This document shows, one piece after another, positions 19,513-30,000 of a stretch of DNA of 56,939 bases. Below the pieces are notes generated by a model. It searched no databases, had not been told where the DNA came from, and saw nothing but the letters and a program-made list of their open reading frames with translations. The first letter of the stretch is position 1; each line of letters opens with the position of its first letter. This stretch comes from a virus. Taxonomy: Duplodnaviria > Caudoviricetes. The stretch spans positions 1 through 56,939 of IMG/VR virus record IMGVR_UViG_3300023179_000127. One strand, written 5' to 3'. A program made the position numbers and the translations under genes.

Positions 19513-22443
19513 TTACAGCTCTAAATGAACATCTCCAAGCATATCTTCATGACCTGAAGGTCCTTCATTGTTGTCTGTAGTGGGATCTTTTAATCCCGGG
19601 ATAAAGATGTTTCTAACTGGATTAAACCTTGCAGGTGTTGATGCGGCTTTGCGGCTTCCATCGTTTTCTACAACTTGAACAGTATAGAATGTATCTTGTA
19701 CATTAGGTATTTGAATCTTTCTCACTGATGTGTTGTCGCCTTGAGAAGATGTCCAGTTTATACCGTCAGCTGTATAGAGCAATGTGACTTGAGTACAATC
19801 TAGTGATGTGCATTTGATGTTCCATGTCCACATAGTACCGTCCATGGAGCTAGTCATGCGAACCATGGTGGGTCTTCTGCCATATAATGCTGTATGTGTC
19901 ATGGTCATAGTTGGTGTGGGTGTAGGCGTTAATCCGGATGTTTGAGTAAAGGTAGGTGTCATGGATGGGGTAGGTGTGACTGTTCTTGTTGGTGTAACAG
20001 TCGGGGTACCGGTCATAGTTGTAGTCGGGGTGTTGGTTGGTGTATCGGTAACTGTTGCTGTGACCGATTGAGTTGGTGGCGGTGTTGGTGTGTTTGTAGG
20101 TGTAGAAGTAATTGTTTGAGTCATACCTGGAGTCAATGTCACTGTAGGTGTCACAGTTAATGTTGCTGTTTGGGTAATGGTTAATGTGGGTGTAGCAGTT
20201 GGCGAAACAGACGCTGTCACAGAAATTGTAGGTGTTTGTGTGGGTGTTAATGTAGATGTACGAGACACAGTATTTGTTACTGTGGCGGTTGTAGTGGGTG
20301 TTGGTGTTGTCTTTCCTGACGCAGTATTGGTCATGGTAATAGTAGGTGTAAATGTTGGTTGTGGTGTGCGTGTAGAAGACATTGTCGGTGTAGGTGTTGG
20401 TGTAACAGATGTGATTGTGGGTGTGGGTGTGACTGGTGTACCTGTAGGTGTTGGTGTACCAGAAGGTATAGGTTCAGGTATATAGTACCTGTTTGTAGGT
20501 CCTCTTACAGCTATGGTATTAGGACGAGGCATTCCATATCCCAGCAATCCATAAGCAGATGTAGAAAACATTCCTGTTAAATCAAATCCTATGCCAATTA
20601 CACCATGCGGTATACCTGTGAATAATGCTCTGCTAAGCATTCCATCATCATCTCTGTACACATCTAACTTGCTATATCCTAGAGAAGGGCCCGGGCCACC
20701 ACCTGTTAACGGGCTCAAGAATGAATCAACTAATGATAAACAGAAGCCTTCACCGCCAGTGAGATGTTCACCGTAACATGAGTATTCAAACGTTATGACA
20801 ATGTCCTTCTTGGTATCTAATTGTTGATCCAAATAAATGGCGCCGGAATACGCAGTAAGCATGTATTCCATTGTCATAAATTGTGTGTGAGTAATAGTTG
20901 GTGTAAAGGAAGGGGTTACTGTGATGGTAGGTGAATTAGTAGGCGTGGCATTAGGGGTTGTTGTTGGTGTTCTTGTAACTGTAGGTGTGAGTGTATATGT
21001 GACAGATTGAGTTGGTGTCTGTGATGGAGGACACACACCTAATGCAACTAAAGGAGCAGGGCTTGATCCATTTACTGGAACCCAGCCAGTTGTAGGTATA
21101 TAGAAAGGTACTTTAGATGGGTTAGTATATTTTACATTGCCTTTATAAAACTGCCAATCAGGGTTATACCAATCACCGAAATATAAGATGGGCGTAAAAG
21201 TACCGACCCTGCTAAAATATGTGTTGTTAGGTAGTAATTCATATGTACCATTGACTTCACCGCTACCTGCAAACGATACACAAACGTTTGTTGCAGGTAT
21301 GTTGTATGTGGTGCTTGTCACTGTTGGTGACGGTGTGGGCGTCATTGTCAGTGTGGGTGTGGGCGTGGGTGTAATTAAATCATGAAAATTAATTAATTCA
21401 GTTTGAACGTCTGTTGTACCTAGAGCACAATCAAAAGTTTTTATAGCTGCTATGAGACCGTTATATCCTTCTGAATTAGTTGGATCATTTTTGTTTAAAG
21501 CAGAACCTACTGCAAAAGGATCAGTTGATGTGGCACTTAAATCTCCGAAGTAAGATGTAAACGGTATAGATAAGCCGCTTAAAGGAATTATTTTACCTGT
21601 GTCCTGTAAACCTTGGCTGTATGGTATTAGATATTGTAAATTACCGTTAACATATAACCTTACATTTTTTGTAGAAGCATTTAAAGATAATAATATATGC
21701 TTAAAGGAATCATCTGTAAGTACTTCTTCTTGTGTTTGATGGTAGATTGTATTGTTGTTAGAGAGTGAGCCTATGCCAATTACTACTTTTCTACCTTCTT
21801 GCTTTATAAAATAACCAGGTGCAAAGTTCCATCCACCTTTACCTACTATTCTGCGTGAGAAATTAGCAACGCTGCCAGATGCTACAACAGAAACTGTAAA
21901 GCTATCTGTGTCATGGTTATGCTTGCTATCATAAAAAGGAAAATATGTAGATAGTGCAGGAAAATTGTTAGAATCAGTAAATGTAAAAATTCTGTTTCCA
22001 TCTATACCGACATTATGAACAACGAGACTATTGTTGCCTTCTATAGACAAGTCGCGCACATAATCCCCGCTTTGACCGTCGCCTGAATAACAGTCTAACG
22101 ATCTGCTATCAATTGTCATGTCTAAGCAAATGTTAATGGTAGGGGTCGGTGATGGTGATTGCGAAGGCGTCTGAGTGGGTGTTATTGTATATGTTTTGGT
22201 CGGTGTGGGTGTTCTTGTGTATGGATTAGTTTCAGTTGGTGTTAAAGTAGGGGTCGGTGAAATACTTGTTGTTGGTGTTGCTGTTACTGTTCTGGTAGGA
22301 AATGGTGTTTGTGTAGCAGGCGGTGTAGCTGTTACTGTGCAGGTAGGTGTAGGTGTAGGGGTATTATAATACAACACGATATTTTGATTGATATCGGTTA
22401 ATAACCCTTGATTATTATCTGTTAATATTCTGTTGTCAGACAT
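19513..22443 (-). CDS. Multidomain Thr/Pro protein: LamG domain, small beta domain, L-type lectin N-half, C-terminal Ig/FN3-like domain, 976 aa
   Basis: LamG: SFTVSV...FKHILL...RLYVNG...YNGLIAAIKTFDCAL. Lectin: GGEGFCLSL...GPSLGY...IGIGFD. Confidence 0.7.
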   Translation of the reverse strand: MSDNRILTDNNQGLLTDINQNIVLYYNTPTPTPTCTVTATPPATQTPFPTRTVTATPTTSISPTPTLTPTETNPYTRTPTPTKTYTITPTQTPSQSPSPTPTINICLDMTIDSRSLDCYSGDGQSGDYVRDLSIEGNNSLVVHNVGIDGNRIFTFTDSNNFPALSTYFPFYDSKHNHDTDSFTVSVVASGSVANFSRRIVGKGGWNFAPGYFIKQEGRKVVIGIGSLSNNNTIYHQTQEEVLTDDSFKHILLSLNASTKNVRLYVNGNLQYLIPYSQGLQDTGKIIPLSGLSIPFTSYFGDLSATSTDPFAVGSALNKNDPTNSEGYNGLIAAIKTFDCALGTTDVQTELINFHDLITPTPTPTLTMTPTPSPTVTSTTYNIPATNVCVSFAGSGEVNGTYELLPNNTYFSRVGTFTPILYFGDWYNPDWQFYKGNVKYTNPSKVPFYIPTTGWVPVNGSSPAPLVALGVCPPSQTPTQSVTYTLTPTVTRTPTTTPNATPTNSPTITVTPSFTPTITHTQFMTMEYMLTAYSGAIYLDQQLDTKKDIVITFEYSCYGEHLTGGEGFCLSLVDSFLSPLTGGGPGPSLGYSKLDVYRDDDGMLSRALFTGIPHGVIGIGFDLTGMFSTSAYGLLGYGMPRPNTIAVRGPTNRYYIPEPIPSGTPTPTGTPVTPTPTITSVTPTPTPTMSSTRTPQPTFTPTITMTNTASGKTTPTPTTTATVTNTVSRTSTLTPTQTPTISVTASVSPTATPTLTITQTATLTVTPTVTLTPGMTQTITSTPTNTPTPPPTQSVTATVTDTPTNTPTTTMTGTPTVTPTRTVTPTPSMTPTFTQTSGLTPTPTPTMTMTHTALYGRRPTMVRMTSSMDGTMWTWNIKCTSLDCTQVTLLYTADGINWTSSQGDNTSVRKIQIPNVQDTFYTVQVVENDGSRKAASTPARFNPVRNIFIPGLKDPTTDNNEGPSGHEDMLGDVHLEL
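19895..22365 (-). repeat. Four Thr/Pro tracts (~19895-20470, 20885-21025, 21310-21375, 22135-22365)
   Basis: Seen in translation. Confidence 0.9.
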
Positions 22444-22481
22444 ATATTTTATTATTTACGTTGTTGCTTCCATTTGTAAAG

Positions 22482-25400
22482 TTAAGGTTGAACTGTAATA
22501 TTCAGACTGTCGTCTGATACTATTGGATCTCCATCATCCGTTAAAAGGTTAAATAACTCTGCTATGTTCCAAATATATTCAGGTATTCTGACATTTAAAG
22601 GGGCGCTTTCAGTGCCAAAATTGTTTACAAATTTTAATGAGTAAACAACATTGCTATCAAACCCTAGATATCTAGTAATATCAAGGTAGTCAAAGAAGCC
22701 GGTAGTGCCAAAATTGTTTGAATACCTGTACGAACTACTCATTGTCGTGTATGGCTGGCCGTTAATATACAGTGTTCCTTGTGTGGCTTTCTGTAAGTTG
22801 AAGCCACCATAAGTAATAACCAATCTCATGGATCCTTTGCTGCAAAGATTGGTGAACGGATTTAATTCACATGGTAATACTGGTCCGCTAACAGTTTGTA
22901 GCTGTACAGTAGGTGGCTCTGTAATGAGCGCGTCAGCAGGGTAAGTGGGTATTGCAACAGTAATTACATTGCTTCTTAATGCAAAATTATTGGCTGCTTC
23001 AACACGAATAGCTGTGTTACCATCAAATTCACGCAAATAGAAATTGGCATAACCGTTAACAACGCCAGCACTAGAATGTATTCCGCCGTTAATTATGAGT
23101 GTAACGGTAGATGCAGTTACCAAGTCGTAAGAGCCTGCTGCTACTCGCACATGGAATCCACCGTTGGTACAATTTTGTGTAATAGGGTTTCTTACGCAAG
23201 GTTTGGGTGGGCCGGAGACTGTTACTAGTTCTACAAATGGATTTACAACTATAATTTCTGTAGGTGTGAGTGTAGGTGTCATGGTCAATGTTGGTGTTAA
23301 TGTAGGTGTAGTTGTTGGGCCTGGTGTACGGGTGGGAGATGCTGTTACTGATGCAGTTGGCGTTCTTGTAGGCGTAGTGGTCTTTGTTGGTGTAATTGTC
23401 GGCGTGATTGTCGGTGTTCTGGTTGCTTCTACAGTGTAGGTTAATGTCAATGTAGGTGTTACTGAAACTGTTGTAGTTGGGGTTGCAGTAACTGTAATAG
23501 TTGGTGTATTTGTTGGTGTCACTGTTCTTGTAGGTGTAACTGTCGGCGTTCTTGTTAATGTCGGGGTGGGGGATGGATCTAACCCAGCAGTCGATGAAAC
23601 TGTTAATGTTGGTGTTACAGTGGGTGTTCTTGTTAATGTCGGAGTGGGTGTAGGTGTAGCTGGCTGTGTTGTTGTCGGTGTAGGTGTCATAGTTACAGTT
23701 TGTGTTGGTGTAACTGATTGTGTGACTGATACTGTAACAGTGTTTGTCGGGGTTTGAGTAATAGTAGGTGTTTGTGTAAATGTAGGTGTAGGTGTGAGTT
23801 CTGGGAACGGATCGGCTGCATCTAAATTAAACGTAAATACACCATCTTCTGTAATGGAGCCAGCAACACCTCTGAACGAATCAAAATCGCTTACAACATC
23901 ATCACTTGTTTTACTGGTATAATCACGAAGAAGCGGGCCTACACTTGGGTCACAGAAGTTTTCAGAATAAACATCTATTCTTGGCTTAAAGAAATTATTC
24001 TCTACAATTTCTAACTTATCTGCAATATACTTAAAAGAAGTTCTATATACATAAAACAAATTAGAAATATCTTTACCTAAGAACGAAATTACATAGTAAT
24101 TTGTATCATCATTGTAATTTACTAGAGGTTTTTCTGTGTTAATTATGTTTATTTTTACGTCTCTATCTACTTCTACAATGGAATAAGTGAATACATCTTC
24201 TAGAGATAACTGTCTGTTGAATGGATACAGTTTTATAACATCACCAGAATTAATATCAACTTTGTAAATTTCAGGGTAAATAATTTTTTGAGTCGTGCAG
24301 CTTAATTGATAAAACAAATTTGTCTTTACAAAAAACAGTTCTTTAGATTTTTCATTAAACCAAGGCAGAGATACATCTTCAAAATCTCGATGATCACCTT
24401 TATAAATTACTGTGTCTGCGCGTGCATTGCCAAATATAATGTTTGATTCAAAATCGAAATATAATTTTTCAAATATTACATAGTTTTCAGTTTCTATGTA
24501 AAGCAAATCGTAAAACATGTCAAAACTTACAACATGATCATTAACCTCATTTAGAACATCTTGATTGTATTTTATGAATACACCACTTAATGCAGCAGAA
24601 AGCGGTTGAAGTATGGATGAATTGTTGTTACGAAAATATATAGTACCTTTTACCTTGTTGCGTGCATCATACAAGGATTCAACGTCCTCTGTATTATCTG
24701 TAGTTGTATCATATTTTGTTAATCTATTGTCTGTGACGATATTGAAGAAGTTGCTTCTTATGAAGTACGGTTCAGGGTATCTGTAGATGTCAGAGCACGG
24801 ATCAGCACTTGCAACTAACATGTAGAAACCATCTAGATTCCAAACACCAGTGCCTGAAGGTACAAAAGTAAAATCTGGTCTATACAGATAGCTGGGACGA
24901 TAATTAGGTGGCTCCGCTCTGCGACTTGCACCGCTGTCGATCAAAACATTATAGTACAATGATCTGTCTGCAGGAGAAAATTCAGGTGTATCAGTGTTGG
25001 GGTCATAATATTTCGTAGAAAGAGAAGGTATAAAGTTTAGACAATCGTAAATTGAGCAATCAAATGTATCGTACACATAATTCGAGCTTTGGCAGAAGTT
25101 GTCAGGTAGCATTCTGTAAGATAGAACAAAGTCAACTTTTACGGCTGTTAATGAGAATGAGGGCGGCTCTGTGTCATACAAAGATAAATCAGGGGTCCAA
25201 TATTCGCGTAATCCGTAAGAATATGGTGCGGTTCTAGTAAATACACCTGAATATTTTTTAATTGGATCATAAGTAGTGTAGTCAAAATTAAAACCAGATA
25301 ATACATCATAGTATTGATGACCGTTGAGTATCAAGCATTGCTTAGCATCAGTGCGAAATATGCCTGTGTCTACTAGCCTTTGAGCTCTTGTTAAATCTTT

Positions 25401-27014
25401 GTTTTTGTATAATTTTTTGTATAACCCATAGTCATTACCAAAGACGTCACTCTTGTATTGAACTAAAGTCTGATTTATAGAAAGCAGAGTGCGCTGTCTA
25501 TTTTCCAGGTCATAATAACCTGCTTGTCGTAATGGAAATATATCATCGTTTGACCATATATTTTTCTTTTCACCTTTGAAAAAGTCGGTGGGGTCTGTGT
25601 ATCTAGATAAACCTTGAGGGTTGTATTCAAGAGTTTGTTCGCGAGATTGATAGCCTCTGAACAGTTGCAATTTGCTGTCAGATATAATATCGCCAAACCT
25701 GTATGAGTTTGATGCATCTACTTTAGTTTCGCTAATATCTTCAACAAAGTCTAGCGGTGTGTCAAATAGCGAGCCAGTTTCTGCTGAAATATTTCCTTGC
25801 TTGAATGGATCAGGAAAAACATACAATGAGTTGGGTGTTAATTTTGCAAGATCAATGGATGGATAAAACTTAAAGTTTGTAAATGTAAGGTACCCTAGTT
25901 TGTCTGGTTTGAAGAACAATCCTATTTCTGTAGGTTTTAATAAAAACTCTGAGCTGGGCGATGCAACTACAGTTGGAAAGCGCTTGTTAGCAAAATTAGC
26001 ATAGTCATTAGCAGCTTTAAATAATATGCCGGATGTAATGCTTGTAATAGTATTTCCTGTAGATAAGAAATAATAATCTGTACCTAAAAACTTTTGGGTT
26101 AGCAATCTTTTGTTTAGTAAATTTAAGTTATCTACTGATCCGTTGTTAATAGTGTCAATAAAGTCTCTATCTTGCAGGTAAAATAATTGATTTGCACTTA
26201 CTTTAGGATTAATGGTAAACAAATTTCCAAGCTCGGAAACATAGAAAGGGTAGCTTGTAATAGCATTTGTAATAGCAGTGTTGATGCTGCCTTCTAAATT
26301 TGTAAACAAATATGGGTCTACATCTACTAAGTTTGCGCCATAAAAATCTTTGCGCATTCCTTTGGACACATCATAAGCGGAAAACGGTTTAGTAGGATCA
26401 ACATCATAATAATCATTGTATCTATCGTATAATTCTTCTACTTTGAATGTTAATAAATCTCGAATGCCTGAAAGCGACATTCCCAATGAACGTAATTTAA
26501 CAAACCCTTCTTCTGTTGAAAGGTATCTCAACACTTCATTGTAAAGAATTGTTTCTACACCCAATGAAGAGCCTTGCAAATTGTGTTGAACTACAGAACC
26601 TTTTACATGATCTCGTAATGTTGAGTAATACAAACACACTTCTTTTATTTTGCGAGCATAAAAAGGTAGTACTGCAGCTAGATCTTTGTCATTAGAATAA
26701 TCGATGTTATCTAAGAATCGTTTTTCTTCTGGTGTAGTAAAATTAATCGCAATTTGTTCAATTAGATCTGTGTATAGAGTTCTTACATAATTTGCTCTAA
26801 CATTGTCTTTACTTGCATTAGCTTGAAACCAATTATTAACATATAATTGATAATTTTTTAGATATGCAGATGTATCGGTATAAAGCGCGCCATTGTATGT
26901 TAGCCAATCTATGAAAGGCAGGGGTTTATTTATATCAACAGCATAGATATTGTCAGGCGCATTAATGATAGAATTATCAACAGCATCCTTGGTGTAGCCT
27001 GTAAACTGTTGCAT
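22482..27014 (-). CDS. Large baseplate-associated protein (gp7-like wedge module?) with T/P stalk and two C-terminal repeat domains, 1510 aa
   Basis: PFYARKIKEVCLYY...QGSSLGVE wedge-like segment; position two genes downstream of gp6; tandem C-terminal domains. Confidence 0.55.
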   Translation of the reverse strand: MQQFTGYTKDAVDNSIINAPDNIYAVDINKPLPFIDWLTYNGALYTDTSAYLKNYQLYVNNWFQANASKDNVRANYVRTLYTDLIEQIAINFTTPEEKRFLDNIDYSNDKDLAAVLPFYARKIKEVCLYYSTLRDHVKGSVVQHNLQGSSLGVETILYNEVLRYLSTEEGFVKLRSLGMSLSGIRDLLTFKVEELYDRYNDYYDVDPTKPFSAYDVSKGMRKDFYGANLVDVDPYLFTNLEGSINTAITNAITSYPFYVSELGNLFTINPKVSANQLFYLQDRDFIDTINNGSVDNLNLLNKRLLTQKFLGTDYYFLSTGNTITSITSGILFKAANDYANFANKRFPTVVASPSSEFLLKPTEIGLFFKPDKLGYLTFTNFKFYPSIDLAKLTPNSLYVFPDPFKQGNISAETGSLFDTPLDFVEDISETKVDASNSYRFGDIISDSKLQLFRGYQSREQTLEYNPQGLSRYTDPTDFFKGEKKNIWSNDDIFPLRQAGYYDLENRQRTLLSINQTLVQYKSDVFGNDYGLYKKLYKNKDLTRAQRLVDTGIFRTDAKQCLILNGHQYYDVLSGFNFDYTTYDPIKKYSGVFTRTAPYSYGLREYWTPDLSLYDTEPPSFSLTAVKVDFVLSYRMLPDNFCQSSNYVYDTFDCSIYDCLNFIPSLSTKYYDPNTDTPEFSPADRSLYYNVLIDSGASRRAEPPNYRPSYLYRPDFTFVPSGTGVWNLDGFYMLVASADPCSDIYRYPEPYFIRSNFFNIVTDNRLTKYDTTTDNTEDVESLYDARNKVKGTIYFRNNNSSILQPLSAALSGVFIKYNQDVLNEVNDHVVSFDMFYDLLYIETENYVIFEKLYFDFESNIIFGNARADTVIYKGDHRDFEDVSLPWFNEKSKELFFVKTNLFYQLSCTTQKIIYPEIYKVDINSGDVIKLYPFNRQLSLEDVFTYSIVEVDRDVKINIINTEKPLVNYNDDTNYYVISFLGKDISNLFYVYRTSFKYIADKLEIVENNFFKPRIDVYSENFCDPSVGPLLRDYTSKTSDDVVSDFDSFRGVAGSITEDGVFTFNLDAADPFPELTPTPTFTQTPTITQTPTNTVTVSVTQSVTPTQTVTMTPTPTTTQPATPTPTPTLTRTPTVTPTLTVSSTAGLDPSPTPTLTRTPTVTPTRTVTPTNTPTITVTATPTTTVSVTPTLTLTYTVEATRTPTITPTITPTKTTTPTRTPTASVTASPTRTPGPTTTPTLTPTLTMTPTLTPTEIIVVNPFVELVTVSGPPKPCVRNPITQNCTNGGFHVRVAAGSYDLVTASTVTLIINGGIHSSAGVVNGYANFYLREFDGNTAIRVEAANNFALRSNVITVAIPTYPADALITEPPTVQLQTVSGPVLPCELNPFTNLCSKGSMRLVITYGGFNLQKATQGTLYINGQPYTTMSSSYRYSNNFGTTGFFDYLDITRYLGFDSNVVYSLKFVNNFGTESAPLNVRIPEYIWNIAELFNLLTDDGDPIVSDDSLNITVQP
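23255..23800 (-). repeat. Thr/Pro coding repeat tract
   Basis: Seen in translation. Confidence 0.9.
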
Positions 27015-27022
27015 TGAAATAT

Positions 27023-30000
27023 TTAATTATTGTATGGTATGTTACTACCGCTCAAAAATAGGCGCAATCCTTTTGTTAATTCATAAGCAATAAGACTTTG
27101 CATAATGCCACTGTCTTTAGACCATGCATCAAATGAACTGTTGTAAAAATTGAGTGTGTTTCTAGGATTTGCCCAATCTATTACATTTCCATATACTTCA
27201 TTAGGCGAGTACTGCTTGTATCTGTAGAATTTATAAAAGTTTCTTATTTTTGCGCCTGAAATATCAGGAGATGTGACTAATCCCCATCCCCAGTCATCAT
27301 TCCATCCAGACAACGCTACAATCTGCCCGTAGGGGAATGTAGATATTGCTGGTACATTTACAAGCTTAAATTTGTCAGTGAATAACTCTCTGGCTATAAT
27401 AGGTTCTCCTGTTTTTACTGTTCCTGACAGCACATTGATCTCTGTACCTAGGTTCTTACCATAAGGTGAAAGGCTTGTATATGTTTGTTTTATATCAAAA
27501 TCTTCATTAAATTGGTTCTTCTCGCCCCATAATCTCTTGTGATTTATGGAGCATAAATCTACTACTCTTCTAAGTTCTGGTGGTAGAGGTAAGCTGTATG
27601 CTTCTGTGTTAATAGAAAATTCATCACAATAAGATTGTAATTGTGCAATCCCGACACGGTCTATATCAGCATGAGCATCTGTAAAATTGGCTATTTTTGC
27701 ATATGATGCTCTTCCTAATGTATTAGGTGTAGAGCTTAACGTGCCAAGAGTTGAGCCTATGAAAGTATCAAACAACACTTTTTTATCTAATAAAATGTTT
27801 TGATATACTAGCTGTCTGTAGAAATCTAATGAATCAAAATCTTCGTTTTTGGCAATGATGCTGTATTGACCGGACAGAGGTAAAATATTAAACAAATTAG
27901 ATTTACCAGAAACAACTCGTGTCAAGGTAGATTTAGTCATGTATTTGTTCACCCATCTTTGTCCTATAAAATCACCTAACCCGACGTATGAATTTTCTTG
28001 CCATGCTGATGTTACATGAGTTGGAGTGCCAGATACCGCATACAGATCACTAATGTTATAAAATGAAACATTAGGGGGTGGAGGGTAAGTTGCATCAATT
28101 AAATAAATTTTCGCATCAGATGAATTTACTACCCATATATAATCTCCAGTATCACCTGCAATGGCACCTATGCTCTGTTGATAGCTTGTTTGATTTGTAC
28201 CAGACCCACCAGGGTAGTAGGTGACTTCATTTGTGAGTCTGTCTACACGCACCACTGTTTCGCGGTCATGAAATGTCCATAGATTTTGAAACCCATCTAC
28301 AGCTAAATTGCCTATGCCTCTGAATCCGCTTATAGGATATCCATTGAGCAGGTTTAAATCACTATCAAATTTGTACAGGTAATCATTTTTGCTAGATAAG
28401 TCTGGGTGTTCTGTTGTGTATAAATTAATAGCTGACACCCAAATAAATGACTCTCGATCAACTAATATTTCAACTGGTTGATGCATCCAAGGCAAGTAAT
28501 AAGAGCTCAGTTGTTTGCCATCAGTGTTATATTTAATAATAGCATTAACAACTGGGTGGCTGTATGCAACATACAGATTATCAAGTCGGTCTGTATCTAA
28601 CCCTGCGGGCATTAGCAAATTGTCTCCAGCAAAACCACTCAAAATAGGAACATTGTACATGTCACTACTAGATGCAAGAGGTACATTAGTCACATCAGGT
28701 AAAGCTATGGTTTTTACATAACCGCTACGCGCATCTAATTTTATGCAAGATACACTATCAAACAGCGCTACCCACAAATCATTTTTGCTGTTCAGTGCCA
28801 TGCTTCCTGGGGCAGCACTTCCAAGCTCTTCTGATCGGTAGTCAACATTTCTAATTACGTCGCGTTGCAAAAATTCATTATAAAATGCTGTAGGCATTGC
28901 AGATAATGAAAAAGAAGAAAGATGAGATCCTTGCACACTTATTTTAACTAATTGATCTTTTGAACCATCTGCAAACCATGTTTGGTAATCTTGCGCGCCG
29001 TCTTCACCCTTTGGAACAACTTGTATAGAATAAATGTCGCTTAAATTGCCCAAGTTAAATGCTTTTTGTTGAGCAGAATAAGATACATTGAGAGTGCCTC
29101 CTGTGAAATCAAAATAAAATTGTCTAAAAAATCTTATGACTTGTGTGTTGTTTGGAGCAGCTATCCACCCTAGCAAGCAGTCAGATGGAAAGTTTTTAGG
29201 GTCTTTAACTAAAATGGATGCAGTTAGTCTACAATTTAATGAAGTTTCTTTAGGTACCAAGTATCCTTTGTAAAAGCTTCCTAATGATCTAGGAATGTCA
29301 GGGTCAAAATCATCATAAAATACTACATTTTTTATTGGCTCGTAAATGTTTTCAGCTACTTCTTTTACCACACCCACATCTAACAATGTGTATTTTTGTT
29401 CAGAAGAAAGAACACTTAATGTAGTGTAAACTGTATCAAAACTTTCAGGTAACTCTTCTACAATTCTATTAGCATCTTTTCTTATGTGAATAGGTGGGTA
29501 ATTTTTTGTTGTGAAATTTAAAATATCTTTTAAGCGCACTGTGAACGGAATAGCAGTATTTTGAAAGCTTATTTCAGGTATGTAGAATGAGCTTAATCTC
29601 AAATCGCCCTCACCGTCAATACCGTTGGTTGATATAGATAATGAAGAAGCAGGACTGTGTCTTACTTTTACTATAGGAAATGCTGCAGGGCTAGTATTAG
29701 AATAACTGTAAGGCGCTTCATTAGCGTTTATGTATTGGTTGTTGTAAATTGTGAATTTATCTATAACTTTATTTGAATCTAATGTAGCAAATACTATTAC
29801 CGGCAAAGATCTAGCTGTAAATGCTTTGGGTTTGTCATCTGTGTAATAAAATACAGCAGTAGCAGAACTACCAATAACAAAGCTGTTCTCTGTTTCAGGG
29901 GTGCACATTAATACATCACCTGCAGAAATATAACCGTACAGTAAATCGTCTTTTGCAGATAATCTGTCAACAATTATATACTGCTCGGTGTTGGTATCTA

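Noticed and set aside
4956-22443. Introns, inteins or pseudogenisation as the cause of the split domains
   Set aside because: I recognised no group I/II intron features, homing endonuclease or intein termini. All ORFs are intact with their own initiation signals. Splicing is not formally excluded without RNA data.
7335-23757. Many plus-strand Val/Gly-rich or Cys-rich ORFs (e.g. 13871..14368, 14160..14591, 20177..20485)
   Set aside because: They are antisense shadows of Thr/Pro codons (ACN/CCN read as NGT/NGG), which lack stops, and have no initiation signals.
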